64,000 nucleotides of DNA, from assembly GCF_009914755.1 (NCBI RefSeq), contig NC_060929.1; one strand, 5' to 3'. A program made the position numbers and the translations under genes. This DNA comes from the human T2T-CHM13v2.0 reference genome, Homo sapiens. Of the stretch, positions 37,756 through 49,955 are shown piece by piece. Numbering within the stretch: position 1 is the first letter of the stretch; each line of letters starts with the position of its first letter. Under the pieces are notes generated by a model. That model was not told the origin of the DNA, did not search any database, and was given only the letters and a program-made list of their open reading frames with translations.

Positions 37756-40269
37756 AAAATTAATATTACTCAATAATTAATAATACTACTCAATAAAAAA
37801 TAGTTACTAAAGCAATAAAATCTTTTTCATAATTGCTGTAACACAATCTATAGCTCTTTCAACTGCTATATTAGATTTTATTGTAGAACATTGTTAAATT
37901 TCATCTTAATATAGAATTATGCCATTAAAAAATCTAAGACAATCAACTTACAGGGTATTTGTACTAATTAGATAATAAGCTAATTAGATAGTATCCAAAG
38001 CCCAATATATTTGCATAGATTATAGTAAAAATAAATTGTGAAGCATAGTGGAAGAACACCTGTTCATAATACTAATGAAAAATATAATTAACCTAACAAT
38101 ATACTGTAAAATACGGATACCAATATCAAGAGAACTAAAACATTTATTTATGCACAAAACAACTTCCATCAATGAAAAAACATAACATGCTCTGGGCAAA
38201 ATATTATATGGTGTCAATTTCTCCACAATTAACTTACAAATGAAATGAAACTGAAACCATTATACCAATAAGATGCTCAAGGTAATGTGGAGAAGTTGAT
38301 TGACTTATTTTGGGAGATAATCTTCCAGAGGAGTAGTTTAAGGTAAGTTTTTGGAAAGAAAAATTAGTTTAATGAATTAAGCCAAGTAGACCAATCTAGG
38401 CCTACTATGTAACGAACATTTATTGCTTAACCAATAGAAACAATTAAATCTTAAAAATAATAATTTAGGGTTAATTATCTCTGTATTCTATCATTATCTT
38501 CTAGTTCATAATTTTTCAACCAATAAATGAATATTATCTTCATTTGTACATATTTTATGACCATAATCTCAATTACTTTTCCTTTAATCAGTTAATATTT
38601 ATTATCTGCATAATAAGTTGTAGTCCACAACATTGGAAAAATGTTAATATTGATGATCATCTTTTATAAGACTCCTTATAAATTTTCCTTTAAATTAACA
38701 CTTACTTAGCTTATTTCTGAATATTTCTGAGGGCAAAATTTAAAACATGGTTTTCCCTCTCGATATTCCTAGCACATTTCTGATACTGCTTAAAAATACC
38801 CTCTGTGTTGTGAGCATGCTCATACACAATGATCTAATTGTTATGTCATCTGTTTGCTATTTATCCATATTATCTACAAACATTTTATAAAAAGTAGTCA
38901 CAAATCCCTGACTAGCATTGAGACATTGTTTCCTTACCATGTTCTAATCTAATAATATATAAATTAAATAACTAATAATTGTATAACTTATTGAGGCAGT
39001 TAGTCTAAAATGTCTCATTCTTTGCTAATTCATATGGGATACTAGTTATCACTGACCCATTTTCTATGTTATCCTAAGCATCCTTTGAACGATGTCCTCT
39101 AAACTCTTCTCACATATTGACTTCAAGCTCAATAGCCTGTGATTTTCAGTAGTGAAATCCGTTTTCTGGTTATTCAGTTTGGTTTATTGCTCATCTTCTG
39201 GAACTTCTCCCAGTCCCCATATCCCTCTGAAGCCATAGACAGTGCTTCACTAATCTTATTTAAATGTATTCACAGGGCTCTGAGATCTCTGAGATATAAC
39301 TGCAAACTTTACTTGATTAAGCTTTGTTTTAATTATTTCATCTCCGCTTTTATATTCTTCTTTCATGACTTTCTGAATATATACTTTATGTTATGGTTAC
39401 ATCACTTTACAGATGCCATCAAAATTAGCATTTCTTTAGGAGTCCATTTATAGTTTCACAGTAAATTGTTATAACAATAATTATATTTAAAAATGTCTTC
39501 AGAGTAATTAATCAGTTTACCAGAAAAAGTACTACTTAGACATCTGGGAGCACCAAATTAATGGAATCTATCTCATTAAAGAATTTTGACATGCCTTTAT
39601 ATTTGACCCACACAAGCCTCTTGTGTGACTTGTATAATGACCGTAAGAATGAAATACAAAATATGGTTTTGTCTCTTATGCATTCCTATCACAGTTCTTC
39701 TAGAGCTTTATGATATCCTCTGTGTAGTGAGCATGTATGTACTACACAACATGGTAAGGGTATATATTGCAAATTTGATTTTTCAATAGTAGAACCTAGC
39801 CCAAAATTTAATTAAGGCATTGCAGCTTCTAATAACAAAAGAGAGAAGTAAATTTAACTGAAAGGAAGATTAGTGAAAGTTTAACAAACAAACTAGCACA
39901 TGTGTAATAAAATCTGATATTGTGCCTTATCAAATTAGCAAAAGTATTTTTTCTTATTCTTTTCTGTTCTAATTTTAATGAGAATTTTAAATGCAGGCAT
40001 ATGCGCCATATAACATACACTGCTTATAGGAGAGTTAATGGTGTATTTGTGTATGTGTGTAAAAGATGTAATCAGAAATATATATTTATGTATGATTATC
40101 ACCATTCTTTTTTAACGCTGAAATTGGGATTAAGTGAATGCTTAAGGATGTTGAATTTTGTAATATAATTTTTGTTTTCTAAATTGTGTTTTATGAATTT
40201 TTAGTAATGGTAAAAATATGATATCAAATGAAAACCGAAGATAAGAAAATGCTAAATCAGGTATAGACA

Positions 40270-40270
<1 letters not shown>

Positions 40271-40302
<32 letters not shown>
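40271..40302. repeat. (CA)n microsatellite
   Basis: About 16 AC units. Confidence 0.97.
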
Positions 40303-40307
<5 letters not shown>

Positions 40308-41538
40308 TATATATATGGGGGGGGACAGAGAGAGAATGACATAACTGAGATACAGAAGGAGGAAAAATGAAAACTGTGACAATGACTATTTCTATGTTAT
40401 CAAATGATGAGGAATTTTTATTCTTCAAAACTTTCTGAATTTTCTAAATTTCTAGTTTGTTCTTTTTCAAAAGTGATGTATGTCTTTTATTATTTAAATA
40501 CATTAGGAAAAGAACACAACTTTGGAAAAGGAAGAAGAGAATGACAATAATAATTCCATGTCCAGAGTTTTTATAACTAATGAAATTTTATTTTATATCA
40601 TGTTTATAGGCATAATAATTTTTATCTTTAAATAAAAACTCTAGCTCTATATATCTGTACATATTCACCAAAAATAGTTTCAGGAAGAAAACATCATTCA
40701 CCCAGATTTTAGATCTCATTTGAATCCTAACCCCACAAAGCAGCTGTGATTTCACTCCATCACTCCAATAATGAACTGAGAACGTGAAAACACAAGATTG
40801 ATGTGTTTGTTTAAAGAGAGCTAATATGTCATGCTTGGCTAATGCTGCTCAACTTCATCAGTGGTAAAGAGAAGAGAATGCTAGTAATGAAGCATCTACT
40901 GCACATACTTCAGTGATCGAAAGTGACATGAGAAGCACAGCATTTGCTATTCTCTTCAGATTCAATCTTCTGAACCATGTTGCTCTGGACAAGTCATCTT
41001 TTAATCATTTATACAGCAACCGAGCAACTTGATGCTTCAATAGTAGAACCCAGCTCAAAATTTAATTAAGGCATTCCAAGTTCAAATAACTGAATGAAGA
41101 TGTAGACCTAATCAAAAAGAAGGAAGGAAGAGAGGGAGGAACGAAAGAATGAGGGGATCAAGGCATAGAGGAAGGGAATGGGAATGAGCCTAAGAATACT
41201 ATTGGGTGATAGCTAACAAAACTAGAATATCCAGGCAACAATATTTATTTTCAGATCTTATCCTTCCACCTGTATTACTTGTCCTTTTTAAATTCCCCAA
41301 ACCATAGCCACAATAAGGAAAGTATATTTTTTTCAAATAGATGTGTTTTACCTGCACACAATACGTATGTTTGGTAGCAACATAAGTTTTGTAGGAACCC
41401 ACTTATCTCCTCTCTGATGTCAAATTCAAACCATTAGGCATCAATTTTCAAAGTATTTCCAATTCTCCCTAAAAGACTGGGCTTTTCCAAACTGCAGTGA
41501 ATGTGAAATTCTACCCATAGACTATAACATGGAAGATC

Positions 41539-41848
41539 GGCTGGGTGCAGTGGCTCACGCCTGTAATCCCAGCACTTTGGGATGCCGGAGCGGGCAGATC
41601 ACCTAAGGTCAGGAGTTCAAGACCAGCCTGGTCAACATGGTGAAACCCCGTCTCTACTAAAAATACAAAAATTAGCTGGGGATGGTGACAGGTGCCTGTA
41701 ATCGCAGCTACTCGGGAGGCTAAGGCATGAGAATCGCTTGAACCCAGGAGACGGAAGTTGCAGTGAGCCGAGATAGCACCACTGTACTCCAGCCTGGACA
41801 ATAAGAGTAAAATTCTGTCTCAAACAAAAAAAAAAAAAAAAAAAAAAA
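41539..41848 (+). mobile_element. AluSq-type element
   Basis: Full dimer with 3' diagnostic ggacaataagagtaaaattctgtctc and an A tail. Candidate TSD is catggaaga at 41528-41536 and 41874-41882. Confidence 0.95.
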
Positions 41849-43419
41849 GAAAGAGAGTGAGAGTTTTAAAAAGCATGGAAGAATGGAAGATAGTATTTAT
41901 TCTTATTTTTGCTTTAATGCTACAGCATTTTTCCTCATTAAAGAGCATGCTGAAAATATGCCATCCTTACCAACACTCAATTATCGAGCCATTAGTTCAT
42001 GTGTGCTAGTTTTTAGCCTTTTAATGAGAGGTCGGTGGCATATCTAATACATGTGATATATTAGTGCTAGAGTGGGTTTGCTTTCCTGAGATGCCCTTGT
42101 TTGCCTCAATATCTTTCTTAGTTCTTTCTACCTTGATACATTTTTATGAACAGCTGAGAAACAAATCCAAAACACCCTGAATGTTCCACGATCGAAGGGA
42201 AGTTGGCAGGTACTGAGGAGTCCCAGGATTAGGTATTTGTTTGGCATTAATGTATTAAATATCCATTAAACAAACTGTGAGCTAGTCTTTCCAATGTCCT
42301 TTCTAAAGAACAAAATTTAGGCACAGATGTTCACCTGGCACCATGGGTCATATTCCCCTACATGGCCTAGGGTGGCTGTTAGCTTTGTTCACTGGTTCCT
42401 CATCATACTCTATTTTGCTTTTACTAATTCTCAGGCTGTTTAGTTATTTCTTACTGTTGTCATTGCACCCTGCTCACCAACCCAAACGATTTACTTTTAT
42501 TCTTACCTATAAACGCCCTCATTATTTGCAGAAATGTTCAAATGATTCATACAAGCTAAGTCACATCAGAGCTCTGTCTTCCTCCCAGCTTCAGGAATGC
42601 ATTTGACTAAAATTGAAATAGGAGAGTAACAGTTTCAAATAAGCCATTTTTATGGGCTTTGTCACTTGTTTTTAAGCAGAGGGGTAAAAAAAAACCTTAC
42701 CTAAATTCTCTGAGTCATGAACCCATCTTTTCTTCCCTTAATCCCTCAGCACAGTGGGATTAGTGTATATCTGAAAGGACTGTAAGCAGAGCTGTTATCT
42801 CAGCACGTTTCCACTGGCACCTCCCTGCAGGTATCCAGTGCTTGTTGCAAACTAAGAAAAACTTGAGATTAGCCACTGGCAAATCGTTATGAACAACTGC
42901 ATATTCTCCTATTGCAGCCGTAAAGAACCAAGGCATTCATTTATTGAGAGAAAACTGTAAACCTTCCAGAAGAATAAAATTGGAGAACACAATAAAAACA
43001 TAATGAAAAGAAAACAAGATTAACTATAAGACTTGAGACTGGATACTGAGAATAATTCTGAAAAAAAATTCTTTATACAATTACAATAAGTTGACATATA
43101 GTATACTCTCCATTGTTAACCTTCATAATGGAAAATATACAATAATCCTTCTTTTCAGACCTCTTTCATTTGGAATTCAAGATACTTTCAAGACAGGGTT
43201 TTAACGTTGAAAAAAGGCTTAAAATCCAAAATTAATTGTCTGGAAAAAATAAGACATAAATTTGAATTGCTTACTTATGAATGCAAGACACTGAAGAACT
43301 TAGAAATACATACATTTAGTCACACAGTCTTATACATTATTCTACATTTATAATATTCTATTGCATCTCACTTAATCTATTCAAAGATACTTTCCCTTTT
43401 ATGACTATAATATTGGTTT

Positions 43420-43620
43420 ATTGAACTGTTACTAGGTGATATTATCCTTAGTACCCAATGTTCTTCATTTCATGTAATCTTCACACCAATCCTATGCAAT
43501 AAATGCCACCTTTTTGTAGATGACTGATAGAAGTTAAACAATGTTTTCATGGTCACACTGTTAGTAAATAATCCAACTGGAATTTAAACCCATCCAGTCT
43601 ACCTGCAGACGACCACCATT
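43420..43620 (-). mobile_element. MIR SINE relic
   Basis: taatcttcacaccaatcctatg...agaagttaaacaatgttttcatggtcacactgttagtaaat...ggaatttaaaccc. Confidence 0.7.
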
Positions 43621-44871
43621 TTATATGACTTCCCCATTATCTTATATAATATATTACATATTTTCACTATTTTACTTAAAAATAGAAAAAAAATCTGTTT
43701 GAAATGTTACTGTGTTGGTAATCACAATGATCTGGTTCCACAGGGCTCTTGTAACAAATGACCTCAACAAGCTGTTTATTTCTTAGTTTGATAAAATACC
43801 ATTGGCATTCCATTGAGGCAGGGATAGACACCCATAAAGAAGGCACCGTTTAAATCTGTTTTATATATGCTTCAAGAATTGCAAGATATCAAACTATTTC
43901 TCAAAGAAATGGTAAAGGATTCCGGTGTTACTAATAAACTACCAGGACACTGTTAAACAAGAACAACAAAGGCAAAGACTGCACCAAGCTCAGGGAGGAA
44001 GTGAACAGGACAGGTATTTTGTAATAGTGTACAACCACTGGAAGGTGAGCTGGATGCAGTGAATGACAGGATATAACTGAGGTGGCTAGGTGACCAATGT
44101 TATTGCTACTTTTTTCTCAAGGCTAAAGGAGCATGAAGGTTGATAATGTCTAGGAGGAAAAAGCCATATGTATACAATTTGCATTTGTTGCCCGTTTTGT
44201 ATTACTTTCCAGAAACTTCTAAATATAATAGAAATCATATCAGCTTCATAATATGTCCTTGGACCTTAGAAATTACAATATATGCACAGATTAGATAGAC
44301 AGATGATAGATTTGAGTAACAGGGATTATATTTATGTGTATATATATGGATACATATATTACTAAACACACATACATTTGTGAATTCGCTGTGCAACCAT
44401 CAATGTGATGATGAGTACATCAAAATGACTTCATCCTCTAGGTTACTGAGGACATGATTCTAACTTCTAGCAGTTACTATATTTGTGTCTGAATTTCAAA
44501 AGATTGTGCAAATTTGGATGTGAAGGAAATTGTTTGATAATAGCCATTCCCATAAATAATCCCAAAGCCAAATATGTGTCTTATGGCATGCCATATTTGC
44601 CTCTCTTCCTCATCTTATTCAGGAAGAGAATATTTAATTGTTTTTAAATAAGACAGAGATCACTTTAAAAATCATAGAATGTTTTCAGGAACACGAAATA
44701 CATGATTCTAAAATGATTGAGTTAGTAAAATTAGGAAGTTCTGTTGGAGCTAATTCATTAGATCTGAGAAGAAACATCAGTATTGTAATAGCAGCATTTA
44801 TTAACCCCTTGTCCATTTTATTTGAAAGGGAAAACATGGGTGCAAATAGTTTGTCTGCAATACTTAGAGAT

Positions 44872-45317
44872 TCTACTAGCTTCCTAGGGCTGCCCTAACA
44901 AGTCACCACAAACTAGGTAGCTTAAAACAACAAAAATGTATTCTTTTTTAAAGTTCTGGAGGTCAGAAGTCTGAATTCTAAACGCTGTAGGGTAGTCTCT
45001 CCTTACCTTTTCCAGAGCCTGGTAGCCATTGTCATTCCTTGGCTTCCTTGACTGTGGCCACATTCTTCTAATCTTTTCTCTGTCTTCGTATCACTTACTC
45101 TGCTTCTGCCTCACAAATCCCTCCCATTTATCTCTTTCAAGGACACTTGCCATTGGATTTGGGGCCTACTCAAAAAATCCTGGATGATCTCTTCACTTCA
45201 AGACCCTTAATTTAATTCCAGTTATGACAATTCTTTTTCTAAATAAGGCAACATTTACAGATTCCAGAGATTTGATCTGGGGCATATAGTTTTGGAGGCC
45301 ACTATTCAACCCACTAC
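44872..45317 (-). mobile_element. MLT1B/C-type MaLR solo LTR
   Basis: ttcctagggctgccctaacaagtcaccacaaactagg...aaggacacttgccattggattt...tattcaacccactaca. Confidence 0.85.
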
Positions 45318-46866
45318 ACTGATTTACAATACATGAGCAAGGGCCATGATAATACATGGCCCATGTGGGTTGGGTAGGCCCTGAGGAAGAAGACTTCACA
45401 TGCTCAATGGCAATAATTTTAAAAGATTTGAAGGTCTGCTTCTCCCTGATTATTTGGGGTACCCTATCCAAAAAATATTACATAGGTGAGAGCTATCCCA
45501 TTTTTCTTATTGAAACAGGTTCAAAGCCCTTTAAAGAACCAGTCTCCCCTTTCCATTAAAAATCAAACCAGCAGATAATATAATAAAGTTTATAGGGAAT
45601 AAGAAAAGGAATAATTTAGCTCCTCTTTTTCCCTGCTCACCTCTAAGACTACATTACTCTCAGTTTGATTAAACTTACTTCTTTCATAATGCTCCCATCT
45701 CCTCAGTTCATCAAGGTTCTTGAATTACTCTGATTTTGTTAGTGGCGACACTATAATTCCTAATATGATACATCTCCTTAATAAACATAGAAACATATTC
45801 AGTCACAAAAGATTTTGAAAATGCAGCTTACTCCATATTTTGATGGATTTGTCACAATAGCCATGACTCTTGAGAGGGTATTAAAATGTCTTGCAACTTA
45901 ACATGTACAGTTAAATTATTTAAAATATCTTATTCTCATAGTCAAAACTTGAGGAGTTTGTGGTAAACAGTTGTCTTTAGATATAAGAAGAGTTGCCTAC
46001 GATATGTTAGAGTTTAATCTGTGTCAGATTTTTACTGAGAAGGAAATTTGTATAAAGTCTTTCAAACAAGCTAATGAATCTATGTATTTGAAGGAGTGAG
46101 GAGCAGATATATTTATTGTGAAATTAACCAGATTTTCAACATCATACTAGTGGGATTAATTAGTATAATTATTTTAAGGAGAATCAGAACCTACCAGTTA
46201 TCAGACTGCTCCAATAAAAAAAAAACTCTAACATTTGCATTTTAATATTTAAACAACAAAATGTGAATCAAGAGATACAAACTTCAACGTCTCTTTTCCA
46301 AATTTAGATTCTTAGGAAGTATGCGCAGTCTGAAAACCACACTGTTCACCATTTCCTGTTCAATTTACATTCAACCTCATACATTTCCTGAGAACCAGAA
46401 GAATAGCAGAAATCTATCCTGGTGTAGTTTATCATTTTGAAGGAGATCTTTCAAATGTAAGGAAAAAACACAAGACGATACACTGACATCATGTATTCAT
46501 TCCCATTAAGTCAGAAAAATTGAAATCTAGTATATTATAAACAATAAATAGATTATTCATTAAATGAAATGGCCAGACACTTTAAAAAGCAATGAACTTG
46601 CTCTCTTATATTAAAGCATTTAGAAATGCAGTTTAATTTTCAGTTTGAACTAGGTTCTTTTATTCTCATTTACTATTTGCCAAAATGCCTCTCAATACTA
46701 CAATACTCTTCAATGGTGTCTGAAATGATGAATTAAGAACTGTGGTATGATGATTACAAATGCACATATCCAACTCCTTGCATGAGGTCAATTGATAGAC
46801 TTTTCACATACATATGAAATTATAATTTTCTATAAATAATTGTAGTAGGCACATTAAATAATGGAC

Positions 46867-47008
46867 AGAGTGCTTACTTAGAACAAATTAAGTGCTTACT
46901 TAGAACAAATTAACATGCCAAAATCAACACTAATAAAGAGTGCTTACTTAGAACAAATTAAGTGCTTACTTAGAACAAATTAACATGCCAAAATCAACAC
47001 TAATAAAG
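46867..47008. repeat. Perfect 70-bp tandem duplication, each unit containing a perfect 22-bp tandem duplication
   Basis: 46867-46936 is identical to 46937-47006. Within each unit agtgcttacttagaacaaatta occurs twice in tandem. Confidence 0.98.
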
Positions 47009-47093
47009 TATATCGTAAGAAACTAAAGCCAATGAATATATTTCTAAACTATTCCCTAAATTGAGTCAGTGGAGACTTCACACAAAGAGGTTC

Positions 47094-47547
47094 TGTATTA
47101 GTCAGGGTTCTCTAGAAGGACAGAACAACGGAATATATATGTGTGTGTATGTACATGTATATAAACGGGAATTTATTAAGTATTAACTCACACGATCACA
47201 AGGTCCCACAATAGGCCATCTGCAGGCTGAGAAGCAAGGAGAGCCAGTCCGAGTTCCAAAACTGAAGAACTTGGAGTCCGATGTTCGAGGGCAGAAAGCA
47301 TCCAGCACGGGAGAAATACGTAGGCCGGGAGGCTAGGCCAGTCTATCTTTTCACATTTTTTGCCTGCTTATATTCTAGCTGTACTGGTAGCTGATTTCGT
47401 TGTGCCCACCCAGATAAAGGGTAGCTCTGTGTTTCCCAGCCCACTGACACAAATATTAATCCCCTTTGGCAACACCCTCACAGACACACCCAGGATCAAT
47501 ACTTTGTATCCTTCAATCCAATCAAGTTGACATTCAGTATCATCACA
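47094..47547 (-). mobile_element. MLT2A1-type (HERV-L) solo LTR
   Basis: tgtattagtcagggttctctag...caacaccctcacagacacacccagg...ttcaatccaatcaagttgac...catcaca. 5-bp TSD ggttc (47089-47093) / gattc (47548-47552). Confidence 0.92.
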
Positions 47548-47748
47548 GATTCTAAATGGTATATAATAACACTATGTCACTTACTGTTGTACTTTCTTCC
47601 ACTCAGTCAAAAGATCAATTGCTAACCAAAATATTTTATTTGAAGAATAATTTTAAAAATCATTGTCTATGAGCTTTGATATCATTTTATAGAAGATATT
47701 GTTACCTTGGATATTTTTCTATTTCTCTCTCTTTCTGTGTGTGTGTGT

Positions 47749-47787
47749 TTAGCTTTGTGCAAAAGTAACTGTAGTTTTTGCCAATTA
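47749..47787. mobile_element. Half MADE1 (Hsmar1 terminal-repeat MITE) relic
   Basis: ttagctttgtgcaaaagtaactgtagtttttgccaatta resembles one arm of MADE1 (ttaggttggtgcaaaagtaattgcggtttttgccatta). Confidence 0.7.
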
Positions 47788-47939
47788 TAGTATATAAAAT
47801 ATATATTTTAATGGAATTTTTAAAAAATTAGAAGTTATAGACCAAAGTATTTTAAAAAATTTGGCAGTTACAGACCTAGTTATTATCACCTGAAATATGT
47901 AGAGTCTCTACTCACTGAGAAACTTTCATTGCATTTCTT

Positions 47940-48070
47940 GTGGTGAGTAGATAAGTGAATTCAGAGAAGAGACTTGGGATTTAATCCCTGTTAGGCCACT
48001 AACTATACATGTGACATTGAGTGGGTCTTATTTCAAGCATCATCTATAAAATGAGTATATTGCTATGCAA
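47940..48070 (+). mobile_element. MIR relic
   Basis: agacttgggatttaatccctg...ccactaactatacatgtgacattgag...catctataaaatgag. Confidence 0.65.
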
Positions 48071-49704
48071 TCTGGTATCCCTTCTAGATATGGAGAACTG
48101 TATCAAAATATTTACCAAATATACCCATTTCAATCCCTGAGAGTGCTGTCTTGTTTCCTTGCGGGACCTGAACAACTCCAAGCAGATCCTAATATGCTTA
48201 ATTGTATATAAAATGTGGTCAAAATTGATTAATTCATTTAAAGTGGTTATGCAAAAATAGGCTAATGAGAAATTTTACATAATCACAGAACTGTACATTT
48301 TATTGCTACATTTGGAATGGGAGATCAATCCCAGAATATTTTTATTTTACTGGCAAATGTGTTGAAATGTTAAACTCTCATAGACATTGCGTGTCTTTTA
48401 AAGAAAATCCTAAGAATTGGAATATTACCCAGATAGAGATATCTATCTTGATCTACATGTTGATGTGGGTCATTTGTTTTTACTGTGTAGGAATTTGAAT
48501 TTTAGATCCTTATAGTACATATAAAGAATAGTCATCACCACTCATCACGAATTAACGAATTTTCTGAAGGTGAAAAATCACATGAAAGCTATGGATAATC
48601 AGTGCAATTATATTGCAAGGAGCTGCATTTTTTTCAATATTTTATTGTAAACATTTTTGCTGCATACAGTCAACAGTTTCAACTATCAAAGTGGCTAGAG
48701 TTTGAGAGGAAAGTGTGGCTTAAAGAATTAGCATTTTAACTTTAGCACTAAATTGTGAGAGTAAGCAGAGTCTCATTTATCTTATGCTTGATGTTACACT
48801 CACTGTCTACACTTTCCAGATTGGAAAATTAATGAATAAAAATACCTCCTCTAGTTTCATTGACACCTGGTATGTTCAAGCAATGTGAAGATATTCTTTT
48901 ATTGATATAAAGACGTAAAAAAGCAAAAAAAGAAGCACTGAAGAAAGAAGCATTGTCTCCATCCTGATTTTGGTGCCTGGAGATATGCGTCACCCAGTTT
49001 TGCATCTAAAGGCCATAAAATTAGCCATAGACTGTTTCCGTACATATGTTTAGTGTGCATAACTGGGATCTGTATGCCTTTTAGCCACTTGGGGTGGTTG
49101 CTTTATTTCATGAAAGAGAAAGATGGACAAGAAGACAGATGTTGCTATAGGTCCTGGATACAACAAAGAATGTGTTATTTGTCCAGGCAGCCGTTATTTG
49201 GTGAACATGCAGATATACCCCAAAGAGCCTGGGTTTCTGGTCTAATTTTCTTTCAAAATGAAGAATGAGAATTAAATCTCTATTCTATGAAACAGAGTTT
49301 CCAGGAAATCTAGAGTGAAAGGGTAATTTCACCAGGATACAGACTTATAATTTGAGGTTAATAATGAAATATTTGATAGATTTTTATATCTTCAATTCTA
49401 CATACAGCTCTCATAGAGATCAAAAGATCCCATCCACTTAAGAGGAGATATACCCTCTAATAAATGAGTCAATTGTTTCAGGTTAGAATTAATTTCTGAC
49501 CCTTGTAGATTCTTTAAGGATTCTTCAGAAATAAACTGAAGGTTGAATATAAATTATTTCATGCAAATTTCTATTTCTTTCCATATGGAAATTACAATAT
49601 TATTAAAGTACCCATGAGTAAAATAAAATATGTATCTCAAGAAATTTGCATTTTCAAGGGGAATTTCCTCTCATAAAAATAGAACTAAACTCACCTTATA
49701 AGAA

Positions 49705-49955
49705 AACAAATATTTATTGAATGCTTCCTATATGTCAGTATAGACCACCATACTAAACATGCTTTACCAGATTTAACTCTTGCACATAAAACCAAGAAGG
49801 TAGGGTCTATGTGTATTCCTGTTTGGTAGCTGAGGAAACAGGCATTGATAGTCTAGTAACTGGTTCAAGTTCTCTCAAATTTTAAGTGGTGGAGCAAGGC
49901 TTAGAACCCCAGCATTCTGGCGACAGGGACTGGGATATTAATCATTATGTTATCT
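49705..49955 (-). mobile_element. MIR relic
   Basis: atttattgaatgcttcctatatgtcag...gctgaggaaacaggca...aagtggtggagcaaggcttagaaccc. Confidence 0.75.

Noticed and set aside
42750-42830. Possible exon ending in cag/gtatcc (U12-type donor?)
   Set aside because: It reads GTATCCAG, not GTATCCTT, and has stops in all three frames.
45341-45362. Perfect 8-bp hairpin gggccatg-ataata-catggccc
   Set aside because: It is short enough to occur by chance in 64 kb and has no supporting context.
46867-47008. Four identical 22-bp repeats as a CRISPR-like array
   Set aside because: The intervening sequences are absent or identical rather than unique spacers, the context is primate DNA, and there are no cas genes.
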